From: an uncultured Gemmatimonadales bacterium
GTDB lineage: Bacteria; Gemmatimonadota; Gemmatimonadetes; Palauibacterales; Palauibacteraceae
DNA: 64,000 nt
Direction of reading: 5' to 3'
Assembly (NCBI GenBank): GCA_963783385.1
Contig: CAWANJ010000007.1
Location: 1 to 64,000, forward strand
The translations under genes and the position numbers were made by a program. Numbering within the stretch: position 1 is the stretch's first letter; each line of letters starts with the position of its first letter. This document shows, one piece after another, positions 40,815 through 52,086 of this stretch. A model generated the notes under the pieces. The model worked only from the letters and a program-made list of their open reading frames with translations. It was not told the DNA's origin and ran no database searches.

Positions 40815-42860
40815 TTGATCCAGATCCGGGGTGGCGCGGCCTTCAACGGCAACGGGAACGGCAACGGCAACGGCAACGGGAACGGCAACGGGACGGGACC
40901 GTCCCATCCGCCCGAGCCGGAGCGGCAGGACGAGCGCAGGGCCCCGTTCTCGCTCCTCCTGCCGTTCTATCGTCGGCGCACGCTGCTGGCGGCTCTCTTC
41001 AACCTGGGCACGGTGGCCCTGGCGTACGGCCTGGCCTACCTGGTCCGCTTCGACATGACGTGGCCGGCCGCCTACACCCACACCTACCTGGTGACGCTGC
41101 CGCTCCTCCTGGTGCCGTGGGCCGTCGGGGCGGGCATCTTCCACCTGAACGTCCACAGCTGGCGGTTCGCGAGTCCCGAGGACCTGGTCGAGATCCTCCT
41201 GGCCGGGAGCTTCGCCACGCTCGCCTTCGGGCTGCTGGTCTACCTCCTCCCGGTCCAGCCCTCGGTGCCGCGCTCGATCCTCCTGCTCCAGTTCGTGTTC
41301 GCCTCCTACGGGATCGGCGGATTCCGCCTGGCCTACCGCCTGTCGCTGGAGTGGTGGCGCGAGCGGCCCCTCGGGGTGGCCTCCGACCACCGGCGCGTGC
41401 TCGTGGTCGGCGCCGGCGAGGCCGGCAGCCTGATCGCGCGGGAGATCGAGCGCTACCCGGACGCCGGGTACCACCTGGTCGGATTCGTCGATGACGACCC
41501 GGGCAAGATGCACCGCCGCCTGCGCGGGACGCCCGTGCTCGGCTCGACGCACGCGATTGCCAACCTGGTCGTCCGGCACGCGATCGACTCGCTCATCATC
41601 GCCATCCCTTCGGCGCCGCCGGAGGCGCTGCGCCAGATCCTGTCGCGATGCGATTCGGCCGACGTCAACCTGACGATCCTGCCGCCGGCCGAGGAAGTCC
41701 TGCGCGGCAACGTGCGGCTGTCGCAGATCCGCGAGGTCACGATCGAGGACCTGCTGGCCCGGGAGCCGGTGTGTCTGGAGCTGCCCGAGCTGGCCGAGGA
41801 CCTGGGCGGCCGGGTGGTGCTCATCACGGGCGCCGCCGGCTCGATCGGCTCCGAGCTGGCCCGGCAGGTGGCCGCGTACGAGCCCGACCGGCTGATCCTC
41901 CTCGACCAGGCCGAGTCCGACCTCTACTACCTGGAGCTCGAGCTCCGGGAGGAGCATCCCGACCTGGACCTGGTGCCGCTGGTCGGCGACATCCTCGATG
42001 AGGTGCGGCTCGAGGGCGTGTTCGAGATGCACAAGCCCGACCGGGTCTACCACGCGGCCGCCTACAAGCACGTGCCGCTCATGGAGAGCAACCCCCGCGA
42101 GGCCGTCCGCAACAACGTGGTCGGCACCCTGCGGGTGGCCTCGGCGGCGGGACGGCACGGCTCCGGGAAGTTCGTGCTCATCTCCACCGACAAGGCCGTG
42201 CGCCCCACCAACGTGATGGGGGCCACCAAGCGGATGGCGGAGCTGGTCACCCTGGCGTGCGAGCGCCGCTACGAGGACACGCGCTACACCGCGGTCCGCT
42301 TCGGCAACGTGCTCGGGAGCCAGGGCAGCGTCCTTCCGATCTTCAAGAGGCAGCTCGCCGAGGGGCGTCCCCTCACCGTCACTCACCCCGAGGTGACGCG
42401 CTACTTCATGACGATCCCCGAGGCCGTGCAGCTGGTCCTGCAGGCTTCCGTCCTCCCGGAGGCCCGCGGCCAGATCATGATGCTCAACATGGGCGAGCCC
42501 GTGCGCATCCTGGACCTGGCCCGCAACCTCCTCCGGCTGTCCGGCGTGAAGCAGAACGGCAAGAAGCTGATCGAGTTCGTCGGCCTGCGGCCCGGCGAGA
42601 AGCTGCACGAGGAGCTGGTCGGGCCCGACGAGGAGACCCTACAGACCGGCGTGCGCAACGTGCGGCTGGTCCGCGGCCTGGCCCGGCCCGGCGTCACCGA
42701 GGAGCTCCTGGCGTTCATGCGCCGCTGGGAGGATCGGCTCGACAGCACGAGCGAGGACGAGTTCTGGCTGGAGCAGATGTGGGCGTGGTGCCGCTCCCAG
42801 GACGTCGACTTCGCGGGCGAGGTGGACGAGGGCCTGCGCATGGGCTCCGTGGCGGAGTGA
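40815..42860 (+). CDS. Membrane-bound UDP-sugar 4,6-dehydratase (PglF/CapD/WbpM family)
   Basis: 4 TM, GAGEAG, ITGAAGSIGSEL, HAAAYKHVP, STDKAV.P.NVMGATK, RFGNVLGS, RPGEKLHEEL; TTG start inferred. Confidence 0.93.
   Translation: MIQIRGGAAFNGNGNGNGNGNGNGNGTGPSHPPEPERQDERRAPFSLLLPFYRRRTLLAALFNLGTVALAYGLAYLVRFDMTWPAAYTHTYLVTLPLLLVPWAVGAGIFHLNVHSWRFASPEDLVEILLAGSFATLAFGLLVYLLPVQPSVPRSILLLQFVFASYGIGGFRLAYRLSLEWWRERPLGVASDHRRVLVVGAGEAGSLIAREIERYPDAGYHLVGFVDDDPGKMHRRLRGTPVLGSTHAIANLVVRHAIDSLIIAIPSAPPEALRQILSRCDSADVNLTILPPAEEVLRGNVRLSQIREVTIEDLLAREPVCLELPELAEDLGGRVVLITGAAGSIGSELARQVAAYEPDRLILLDQAESDLYYLELELREEHPDLDLVPLVGDILDEVRLEGVFEMHKPDRVYHAAAYKHVPLMESNPREAVRNNVVGTLRVASAAGRHGSGKFVLISTDKAVRPTNVMGATKRMAELVTLACERRYEDTRYTAVRFGNVLGSQGSVLPIFKRQLAEGRPLTVTHPEVTRYFMTIPEAVQLVLQASVLPEARGQIMMLNMGEPVRILDLARNLLRLSGVKQNGKKLIEFVGLRPGEKLHEELVGPDEETLQTGVRNVRLVRGLARPGVTEELLAFMRRWEDRLDSTSEDEFWLEQMWAWCRSQDVDFAGEVDEGLRMGSVAE
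40845..40892 (+). repeat. AACGGS x8 hexamer repeat encoding (NG)8
   Basis: read directly from the sequence. Confidence 0.85.
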
Positions 42861-42987
42861 GGCTCGGCGGGACTCGATCGCACGCCGACCCACCGTAGCG
42901 TCGTGCCGGTCACCCTTGCCCGCGGGGCGGGGATCGACCGGCGCTTCTGCGTACTAGATGACTTCGGATGAAAGACGGGGAGCCGGA

Positions 42988-44635
42988 ATGACTCCAGGGG
43001 AGACGCGGAGCGAGAGGGCGCCGGGCGTGACCGTGGTCGGCGCCGGGTACTGGGGCAAGAACCTGGTCCGCAACTTCGACGGCCTGGGCGCCCTGAGGGG
43101 CGTGTGCGAGGAGGACCCGGAGCGGCGCTCCGAGTTCGCCGGCAAGTACCCGGACGCGACGATGTACGCCTCCTTCGACGAGGTGCTCGCCTCCGGCGAC
43201 GTCGGAGCCGTCTCCATCGCCACCCCGGCCGAGACGCACGGTCCGCTGGTGAGGCGCGCCCTGGAGGCGGACCTGGACGTCCTGGTGGAGAAGCCGCTGT
43301 GCCTGTCGGTGACCGAGGGCGAGGAGCTGGTCGCCCTGGCCGAGAAGCGCGGCCGCATCCTCATGGTCGGCCACCTCCTCTGGTACCACCCCGCCGTGCT
43401 TCGCCTGCGCGAGCTGGTCGAGTCGGGCGATCTGGGCCGCATCGAGTACATCTACTCGAACCGGCTCAACCTGGGGAAGATCCGCCGCGAGGAGAACATC
43501 CTGTGGTCCTTCGCGCCCCACGACATCTCCGTCATCCTGGGGCTCCTGGACGAGGCGCCGACCGACGTCAGCCGCGCACGGCGCCGCCTACCTGCACGAG
43601 CGCATCGCCGACGTCACCGTGAGCCACCTGGCGTTCGCCAGCGGCGTGCGGTCGCACATCTTCGTCTCCTGGCTCCACCCCTTCAAGGAGCAGAAGCTGG
43701 TCGTGGTCGGCGACCGCAAGATGGCCGTGTTCAACGACGTCCTCCCCGACGACAAGCTCGTCCTCTACCCGCACAACATCGTGTGGAAGAACCACGTCCC
43801 CGTGGCCGAGAAGGCCGAGGGCGAGCCGGTGGCCCTGGAGGGAGGCGAGCCGCTGCGCGCCGAGTGCGAGCACTTCCTGCACTGCGTCGACACGCGCCAG
43901 ACGCCGCGCACCGACGGCCAGGAGGGCCTCGCGGGTGCTGCGCGTCCTGGACGCCTGCGAGCGCTCGCTGCGCGAGGGCGCGGCGGCGGTGGGCGGGGCC
44001 GGTGGAGCGGCCGGGGGGCGGGCGCGACGCGCCCCCGCCGCGGCCGCGGGAGCCGCCCCGAGCTTCCCTACTTCGTCCACCAGACTTCGATCGTCGACGA
44101 GGACGTGGAGATCGGGGAGGGCACCAAGATCTGGCACTTCAGCCACGTGCAGAAGGGCGCCCGCATCGGCGAGGGCTGCAGCCTGGGCCAGAACGTGCTC
44201 ATGGGCCCCGGCGTCCACATCGGCAACGGGGTCAAGATCCAGAACAACGTGTCCGTGTACGCCGGCGTCACCCTGGAGGACAACGTGTTCTGCGGGCCGT
44301 CCATGGTGTTCACCAACGTGATCAACCCCAGGAGCGAGATCCGCCGCATGGACGAGCTCCGGGACACGCCGATCCGCCAGGGCGCGAGCATGGGCGCCAA
44401 CTGCACGATCGTGTGCGGCCACGAGGTCGGCCGCTACGCGTTCGTGGGCGCCGGGGCCGTGGTCACCAGGGACGTGCCCGAGTACGCCCTCGTGGTCGGC
44501 AACCCCGGCCGCATCATCGGCTGGATGTGCCGCTGCGGCAATCGGATCGACTTCCCCGAGGACGGGGACGTCGGCCGCTGCCGCGCCTGCGACCTGGAGT
44601 ACCAGAAGACGGATGGAGGAGTGAAACCGACATGA
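42988..44635 (+). CDS. Gfo/Idh/MocA oxidoreductase fused to hexapeptide N-acetyltransferase (WbpB-WbpD-like), frameshifted
   Basis: [31 protein letters not shown]; then [30 protein letters not shown]. Confidence 0.85.
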
Positions 44636-45768
44636 CCGCCAACATAGAGACGAAGATCGACGTGCCCCTCCTGGACCTGAACGCCCAGTTCCGGACCATC
44701 GAGGGAGAGGTCCGCGCCGCCATCGACGGCGTGCTGGAGAGCCAGTACTTCATCATGGGCCCCGAGGTGAAGGCCCTGGAGGGCGAGATCGCCGCCTACT
44801 CGGACGCGAAGTTCGGGGTGGGGGTCTCCTCCGGGACCGACGCGCTCCTGGTGGCGCTCATGGCCGCCGGCGTGGGACCGGGCGACGAGGTCATCACGAC
44901 CACCTACAGCTTCTTCGCCACGGCCGGCGTGGTCTCCCGCCTGGGCGCCACGCCCGTGTTCGTGGACATCGACCCCGCCACCTTCAACATGGACGCCGAC
45001 GCGGCCGTCGAGGCGATCAACGACCGCACCCGCGCCGTCATCCCCGTCCACCTGTACGGGCGCTGCGCCGACATGGACCCGGTGATCGACGCCGCCATGG
45101 ACCACGGCATCATCGTGCTGGAGGACGCGGCCCAGGCCATCGGGGCCCGGGACGCGGCCGGCCGGCGCGCCGGCTCGGTCGGCGACATGGGGGCGTTCTC
45201 CTTCTTCCCCAGCAAGAACCTGGGCGGCTTCGGCGACGGCGGCATGGTGGTGACCTCGGACGAGGCCCTCAACGAGAAGCTCCGCATCCTCCGCGTGCAC
45301 GGCGCCAAGCCCAAGTACTACCACCACGTGGTGGGCGGGAACTTCCGGCTGGACGCGCTCCAGGCGGCCATCCTCCGGGTCAAGCTCCGCCACCTGGACG
45401 GGTGGACGGAGGCACGCCGCGCCAACGCGGACCTCTACCGCGAGCTGTTCGCCGACGCCGGCCTCGAGGACGTGGTCACCCTGCCCACCGACGTGCCCGG
45501 GCACATCTACAACCAGTTCGTGATCCGCGTCCCGCGGCGCGACGAGCTGGCCGAGCACCTGTCCCGCTCCGGGGTGGGAACCGCGGTCTATTACCCCGTG
45601 CCCTTCCACCTGCAGGGCTGCTTCAAGGAGCTGGGCTACGCCGAGGGCGACTTCCCGCACGCCGAGAAGGCCGCTCGCGAGGTCCTGGCCGTGCCGATCT
45701 ACCCCGAGCTCACCCGGGAGCAGCAGGCCTACGTGGTGGGGAGGATCGGGGAGTTCTACCGCTCCTAG
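44632..45768 (+). CDS. DegT/DnrJ aminotransferase (WbpE-like)
   Basis: [41 protein letters not shown]. Confidence 0.93.
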   Translation: MTANIETKIDVPLLDLNAQFRTIEGEVRAAIDGVLESQYFIMGPEVKALEGEIAAYSDAKFGVGVSSGTDALLVALMAAGVGPGDEVITTTYSFFATAGVVSRLGATPVFVDIDPATFNMDADAAVEAINDRTRAVIPVHLYGRCADMDPVIDAAMDHGIIVLEDAAQAIGARDAAGRRAGSVGDMGAFSFFPSKNLGGFGDGGMVVTSDEALNEKLRILRVHGAKPKYYHHVVGGNFRLDALQAAILRVKLRHLDGWTEARRANADLYRELFADAGLEDVVTLPTDVPGHIYNQFVIRVPRRDELAEHLSRSGVGTAVYYPVPFHLQGCFKELGYAEGDFPHAEKAAREVLAVPIYPELTREQQAYVVGRIGEFYRS

Positions 45769-45776
45769 GCGAACGG

Positions 45777-47090
45777 GTGGCCGCCGTCTGGGCCCGCATC
45801 CGCGATTGGCTCGGGCGGCGCCGCTTCGTCCGGGCCGTCGCCGTCCTGGCGGGAGGGACCGCCCTCGCGCAGGTCCTGTCCGTCCTCGCGGCCCCCGTCC
45901 TCACCCGGCTGTACACGCCCGGAGACTTCGGCCTCCTGGGCGTGTTCGCCTCCATCCTCACGATCCTGTCGGTGGTGGCGTCCGCCCGCTACGAGGGGGC
46001 GATACCGCTGCCCTTCTCGGATGCCGGGGCGGCCAACCTGCTCGTGCTCTCCGTGGGGCTCGCCGTGGTCGTCGGCGGCCTGGTCGCGCTGCTCACCGCG
46101 GTGGCCGGCGGCACGGTGCTGGGCTGGCTCAACGCCACGGCTCTGCGGCCGTATCTGTGGCTCTTGCCGCTGGCGGTGTTCGGAGCGGGACTCTACCAGG
46201 CGCTCAACTACTGGGCGATACGCAAGAAGGCCTACGGTGCCATCGCCCGTACGAGCGTGAGCCGGACCGGATCGCAGGTGGTGGCCCAGGTGGGCATCGG
46301 CGCGGTCTCCTCGGGCCCCCTGGGCCTCCTGGTCGGCCAGTTCCTGGGGCAGGTGGGCGGGAGCGGCAGCCTCCTCCGGCTGGTGTGGAAGGAGGACCGG
46401 GGGCTCCTCCGGCGCGTGTCGGCCTCCCGCATTCGGTCGATGGCCCGTCGATACCGGCGGTTCCCGATCTACCTCATGGGGGCTTCGTTCCTGAATCGGG
46501 CCGGCCTCCAGCTCCCGTCGCTCCTCCTGGTGGCCCTGTACGATCCCAGGGTGGCGGGCTGGTTCGCCCTCGGGCAGAAGGTCATCGCCGTGCCCATGCG
46601 GCTGATCGGCACGTCGGTCGGCCAGGTCTACCTGGGGGAGGCCGCCCCCCTGGCCCTGGAGAGTCCGGGGCGGCTGAAGAACCTGTTCCGGAGGACCGTC
46701 CTCCACCTGGCGGTGTTGGCGATCCTGCCCGCGCTCCTCCTCATGGTGGTGGGACCGCCCCTGTTCGGATTCGTATTCGGGCACGAGTGGACCGAGGCCG
46801 GGGTGTACGCGCGCCTCCTGGCCCTCATGTTCCTCCTGCAGTTCGCCGTGACGCCCGTGTCCCAGACCCTGAACCTCCTGGAGAGACAGGACCTCCAGCT
46901 CCGGTGGGACGTGAGCCGGGGCGTGCTCGCCGGTGGTGCGCTCGTCGCCTCGGCCGTGGTCGGCGCCCCCGCCCGCGTCGCCATCGGCGCTTACGCCGTG
47001 GCCATGGCGCTGGCCTACGTTCAGCTCTACTGGATGTCCTGGCACGCGCTCCAGGAACGCATCGGATCGAGGCAGGAGACGCGCGGGTGA
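45777..47090 (+). CDS. wzx: Wzx-type flippase
   Basis: GTALAQ...PVLTRLYTP.DFG, RYEGAIPL, RYRRFP, multi-TM. Confidence 0.88.
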   Translation: MAAVWARIRDWLGRRRFVRAVAVLAGGTALAQVLSVLAAPVLTRLYTPGDFGLLGVFASILTILSVVASARYEGAIPLPFSDAGAANLLVLSVGLAVVVGGLVALLTAVAGGTVLGWLNATALRPYLWLLPLAVFGAGLYQALNYWAIRKKAYGAIARTSVSRTGSQVVAQVGIGAVSSGPLGLLVGQFLGQVGGSGSLLRLVWKEDRGLLRRVSASRIRSMARRYRRFPIYLMGASFLNRAGLQLPSLLLVALYDPRVAGWFALGQKVIAVPMRLIGTSVGQVYLGEAAPLALESPGRLKNLFRRTVLHLAVLAILPALLLMVVGPPLFGFVFGHEWTEAGVYARLLALMFLLQFAVTPVSQTLNLLERQDLQLRWDVSRGVLAGGALVASAVVGAPARVAIGAYAVAMALAYVQLYWMSWHALQERIGSRQETRG

Positions 47091-48277
47091 CCGCCACCTT
47101 CGTCCACGTGGTGCTGAATCCGTTCACGCACGACGCCCGCGTCCTGCGGGCCGCGTCGCTGGGGATGGAGCTGGGCGGACGGGTGTCGGTCCTCGCCATG
47201 CACGGGCCGGGGCTCGCCGAGAGCGAGCGCGTCGACGGCCTGGAGGTGCGGCGCTTCGGCCTCGCGAGCCGGTCGCTCCCCAGGAGGCGCGCCTGGCAGA
47301 TGCTCAAGTACGCGGAGCTGGCGGCGCGAATGACCGCGGCCGGCGCCCGGATCCGTCCCGACCTGGTGCACGCGCACGACCTGAACGCGCTCCCCATCGG
47401 GTGGGCGATCGCGCGGCTGACCGGCGCGCGGCTGGTGTACGATTCGCACGAGCTGTGGGCGGACCGCTCACCGGGCGGGAACCGGCCCGGCTGGTTCACA
47501 CGGACCGGGATCCGGGCCGAACGCTTCTTCGGGCGCCGCGCCGACGCCGTGATCACCGTGTCGGACGGGATCGCGCACCTCATCGAGCGGGACGCCGGCC
47601 TCCGGGTGGCGGGCGTGATTCGGAACCTCCCCGAGCCGGCGCCGCCGTCCGCGGACTCGGAACGCGGCGGGCCGCTCCGGCGGGCGCTCGGCGTGGGCCC
47701 CGACGCTCCCGTCCTCCTCTACCAGGGCGGCCTGCATCCGGGCCGTGGCCTCGGGGTGCTGGTGGAGGCGATGGCCCGCCTTCCGCGCGGTCGGACCACG
47801 CTCGTCTTCCTGGGCGCCGGCTCCCTCCGCCCCGAGCTGGAGGCGCGGGCCGGGGACCTGTCGCTAGGCGGGGACGTCCGCTTCCTGGACGCGGTGCCGC
47901 CCGGCGAGCTCGCGGCGTGGACGCGCGGCGCCACCCTGGGGCTCCATCCCATCGAGGACCGGAGCCTCAATCATCGCCACTGCCTGCCCAACAAGCTGTT
48001 CGAGTACATTCAGGCGGGCGTCCCGGTGCTGGTGAGCGACCTGCCGGAGATGCGGCGGGTAGTCGAGGAGTACCGGGTGGGCGAGACGTGTCCGCCGGGC
48101 GATCCCGCGGCCCTGGCCGAGCGGATCGGCGCGATGCTGTCCGATCCATCCCGGCTGGCCACGTACCGGCGGAACACGGTCCGCGCGGCGTCCGAGCTCA
48201 ACTGGAACCGCGAGAAGAGCCGGCTGGCGGCCGTGTATCGGCGCCTGCTGGGAGAGCCCGGCGAGGAGGCCCCGTGA
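47087..48277 (+). CDS. GT4 glycosyltransferase
   Basis: HDARV, VHAHDL, VYDSHEL, LYQGGL, LPNKLFEYIQAGVPV. Confidence 0.9.
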   Translation: MTATFVHVVLNPFTHDARVLRAASLGMELGGRVSVLAMHGPGLAESERVDGLEVRRFGLASRSLPRRRAWQMLKYAELAARMTAAGARIRPDLVHAHDLNALPIGWAIARLTGARLVYDSHELWADRSPGGNRPGWFTRTGIRAERFFGRRADAVITVSDGIAHLIERDAGLRVAGVIRNLPEPAPPSADSERGGPLRRALGVGPDAPVLLYQGGLHPGRGLGVLVEAMARLPRGRTTLVFLGAGSLRPELEARAGDLSLGGDVRFLDAVPPGELAAWTRGATLGLHPIEDRSLNHRHCLPNKLFEYIQAGVPVLVSDLPEMRRVVEEYRVGETCPPGDPAALAERIGAMLSDPSRLATYRRNTVRAASELNWNREKSRLAAVYRRLLGEPGEEAP

Positions 48278-49366
48278 AGATCGTCAGCGTGGTGGGAGCC
48301 CGCCCGCAGTTCATCAAGGCCGCCGTGGTCTCCCGGGCCCTGGGCGAACGGCCCGGCTTCACGGAGGTGCTCGTGCACACGGGCCAGCACTATGACGCGG
48401 ACATGTCGGATGTGTTCTTCGAGGAGCTCGACATCCCGCGGCCCGACAGGGCGCTGGGCGTCGGATCGGGTACGCACGCCGTGCAGACCGCCCGCATGCT
48501 CGAACGCCTCGAGGCGGCGCTGGTGGAGGAGGCCCCCGACGCGGTCCTCGTGTACGGAGACACCAACTCGACTCTGGCTGGCGCACTGGCGGCGGCCAAG
48601 CTCCACGTGCCCGTGGCGCACGTGGAGGCCGGCCTGCGCTCGTTCAACCGGGCCATGCCGGAGGAGGTGAACCGCGTCCTCACCGACCACGTCTCCGAGC
48701 TCCTGCTGGCGCCCACCGAGACGGCCGTCCAGAACCTTCTCGGCGAGGGCATTCGAGCCGGGCCGGATCGAGCGCGTGGGGGACGTGATGTACGACGCGG
48801 CCCTCCACTACGCGGGACGGGCGGACCACAGCCGCATCCTGGAGCGCCTGGGCCTGGAGGAGGGCGGCTACATCCTGGCCACCGTGCACCGCGCCGAGAA
48901 CACGGATGACCCCGCCAGGCTGGAGGTGCTCGTGGAGGCGCTGTGCCGGGTCGGAGAGCGGGTGCCGGTCGTGCTGCCGCTCCACCCCCGGACGCGGGGG
49001 GCCCTGGAAGGACTGAGCCTGCTGGAGGCCATGGGCGCCGGGGTGCGGCTCGTGGATCCCGTGGGGTACCTGGACATGATCCGGCTCGAGCGCGCGGCCG
49101 CCCTCATCGCCACGGACTCGGGAGGCGTCCAGAAGGAGGCGTTCTTCCACGGCGTCCCGTGCGTGACGCTGCGCGACGAGACCGAATGGGTCGAGCTCGT
49201 GGAGCTGGGCTGGAATCGACTGGCGCCGCCCACCGGCGTCGACCGGGTGGCCAGCGCGCTCGAGGAGGCTCTCGGGAGTCGGGGACGTTCGGGAGAGCCG
49301 TATGGGGATGGCCGTGCGGGCCCCTCCGTGGTCCGGGCCCTGGAGGAGCGATTCGGAGGCGCGTGA
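48274..49366 (+). CDS. UDP-GlcNAc / diacetamido-uronate 2-epimerase (WecB/WbpI-like), frameshift near 48760
   Basis: VVGARPQFIKAA, YGDTNST, HVEAGLRSFN, GDVMYD, TDSGGVQKEA, ETEWVE. Confidence 0.9.
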
Positions 49367-50550
49367 GCATCCGCAAGGCGGTGCACCTGACATCGGTCCA
49401 TCCCCCGGGCGACGTGAGGGTGGCGTGGAGGGAGTGTGGGAGCCTGGCGGAGGCCGGATACGAGGTCGTGCTGGTGGCGCCGCCCGCGGCCGCCCGTGGT
49501 CCGGGGGGCACGGACCGGCCGGGGCGGCTGCCCCCCGGAGTCCGGTGGAGGGAGGTGCCGCGGGCGGCCACCCGGGCGCGGAGGATCCTGCGCACCGTCC
49601 CGGCCGTGTACCGGGCGGCGCGCTCCGAGGCGCCCGCCATCTACCACCTGCACGATCCCGAGCTCCTGCCCGTGGGGCTGCTCCTCCGTCTACGCGGCCA
49701 TCCGGTGGTGTACGACGTGCACGAGGACGCGCCCCGGCAGATGCGCGCCAAGCCCTGGATTCCGGGGCCGCTCCGGCCGGCGGTGGCCGTCCTCACCGGG
49801 GCGGCGGAGCGGATCTCCGCGCGGTGGCTGTCGGGGATCGTGGTGGCGAACCCCGTGAGCGTGCGGCGATTTCCTCCGGCGACCACGGCGCTCGTGCGCA
49901 ACTTTCCGCGGGTGGGGCCCTCGCCGGCGGAGCCGCCCCCGTACGGGGAGCGCCGACCGAACGTCGTGTACGTGGGGGCGCTCAGCGCCAGCCGTGGCCT
50001 GGACGCCATGCTCGAGGTGGCCCGGCGGCTGCCCGGCGCCTCCGGCGGCGGCCCCGGTGAGGGCTCCGGCGGCGCCTCCGGCGCGCGCCTGCTCCTGGCG
50101 GGGCGGTTCGCGCCACCCTCGCTCGAGGAGCGGGCCCGCCGCACGCCCGGCTGGGAGCGCTGCGAGTACCTGGGTTGGCTTCCCAACCCGGAGGTGACGC
50201 GGGTCTTGGGCGGGGCCCGCGTAGGCCTGGCGGTGCTCCGTCCGACCCCAGCCTACCGGGAGGCCTACCCGACGAAGATGTTCGAGTACATGCTGGCGGG
50301 GGTGCCGGTCGTGGTCTCCGACTTTCCCCTGTGGCGCGACGTGGTGGAGGACGCGGGCTGCGGGGTGCTCGTCGACCCGGACCGGCCCGACCAGGTGGTC
50401 AGGGAGGTGACCTGGCTCCTCGAGCACGAGAGGGAGGCGGCCGAGATGGGCCGCCGCGGTCGGCAGGCGGTCCTGGAGCGGTACAACTGGGCGCCAGAGG
50501 CGCGTAAGTTGTTGGACCTGTATTCGGCCCTGGGAGGAGACGCCGGGTGA
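49363..50550 (+). CDS. GT4 glycosyltransferase
   Basis: HLTSVH...DVRV, YHLHDPELL, YDVHED, YPTKMFEYMLAGVPVV. Confidence 0.9.
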   Translation: MSIRKAVHLTSVHPPGDVRVAWRECGSLAEAGYEVVLVAPPAAARGPGGTDRPGRLPPGVRWREVPRAATRARRILRTVPAVYRAARSEAPAIYHLHDPELLPVGLLLRLRGHPVVYDVHEDAPRQMRAKPWIPGPLRPAVAVLTGAAERISARWLSGIVVANPVSVRRFPPATTALVRNFPRVGPSPAEPPPYGERRPNVVYVGALSASRGLDAMLEVARRLPGASGGGPGEGSGGASGARLLLAGRFAPPSLEERARRTPGWERCEYLGWLPNPEVTRVLGGARVGLAVLRPTPAYREAYPTKMFEYMLAGVPVVVSDFPLWRDVVEDAGCGVLVDPDRPDQVVREVTWLLEHEREAAEMGRRGRQAVLERYNWAPEARKLLDLYSALGGDAG

Positions 50551-52086
50551 GAGCGAAGCGCATCGAAGCCGTGGGACGGGTGCGGAGCGCGAGGATCTTC
50601 CTCCTTCTCTTCGGCTGCCTGCTCCCGGCCGGCTGTCATGCCCAGTCGCTGCGGACGTCGGTCGTCCGTGAGGCGTATCATCGGACCGTCGTCCGGTCGC
50701 GCGATTCGACGCCGCCCTCCGACAACCTGGACGGCTCCATCGTGTGGCAGGAGGCCTACGTCCTCCAGTCCCTGGTGGACATGTATCGGGCCACCGGCGA
50801 CACCTCCTACCTGTCCACGTTCGTGCGTCGGGCCGATGCGGTCGTCCGCGTGCGGGACGACGTGGCGGGGAGGAAGGAGTGGGATGGCGGCGAGCGGATC
50901 GGCTGGCAGACGGCCGACGGATACACGTTCGGCGGGCCCATCGTCCTCGACGACGCGCACGGCGAGCCCGCGCTCCGCGTGCGTGCGGTCCACATTCTCG
51001 GACAACGATTCCACGCGAATCGAAGTCACCAGCTCCGACGGTGTCCACTACGCGCTCCGGGTCACGAACACGGCGGAGCGGGGACGGCCCGCCGAGCGCA
51101 CGTACCGGGATCTCACCCAGGAGACGGCGGAGCGGACGATCGATGGCGATCTGACGCCGGAGGACTGGATCGAGGTGACGGTGGTCGGACCCCACGCCCC
51201 CGCCGTCACCGATCACCCGCTCCTGTTCCAGGCCGACCGCGCGGTGCTGTCCACCTTCCACGACGCCTTCATCATGATTCCGTTCACGCGCTTCGCCAGC
51301 GTGGTGCTGCGCGACAGCGTGAAGGGCTTCGAGGCGCCCGCCCGCAGGTACGCGGCCATGGCGGACACGATCTTCCGCCTCAATCGGCCCTACTGGGTGG
51401 ACCGGGGCGACTACGGCTTCTACCGCATCGAGCCATCCGCGCCCTTCTGGATGGCCGGCATGGCGGCGCCCACGAACGTGCAGAGCGCCAACGGCCTGTA
51501 CCTGCTGGACCTGGCCCGGGCGACCGGTGACACCGCCGCTCGCCGTCGGGCCGATCAGCTCCTCGGGCTGATCCGCCGCATCAGCCGGGTCACGCCGGAT
51601 GGGACCTACTCGTTCCCCTATCTGTTCCTGGAAGGCAACACGGGCTGGGGGCCCGGGACGGGCGTGCCGAGGCCGCAAGGAAGCATCTACGCCAGCTACC
51701 GTGGCCGCGACGCCGCCGACGACGCGTCCCACGGGGCGTGGACGGGCCAGTTCGTGTGGACGGCGCACGAGGCTGGCCTCGGGCTCACACCGGCGGAGAT
51801 GGCGCGCTGGAGAGCCACGGCGGCGGCGATGCTTCCGCCCGCGGGCGCCGCGGGGCTGCGGGTTTCCGTCCGGCTCCCGGGCGGGGCCGACGCCAGCGGA
51901 CCCGGACGGTTCGACTACACGGCGCCCACCTGGGCCCTGTTCGCCGTGGGAGGCGACGCGACCCTCGCCGTCCGCGCGGCCCGACTCTACGGGGAGCGAT
52001 TCGGCGACTCGGGCAGCTCGGTCGTCCAGCTGGGGTGGGCCCGGCTCGCATGGCTCGCCAGGGCCCTCGAGAAGCCGTCCCGGTGA
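50547..52086 (+). CDS. Uncharacterised lipoprotein, possible alpha/alpha-toroid glycan-modifying enzyme (frameshift near 51000)
   Basis: lipobox PAGC; LVDMYRATGDTSYL and LDLARATGD helical hairpin motifs; translationally coupled to both neighbours. Confidence 0.55.

Noticed and set aside
42958-45768. 936-aa oxidoreductase-aminotransferase fusion from the ORF track
   Set aside because: Artefact of frameshifts; the aminotransferase has its own GGAGGAG RBS and ATG at 44632.
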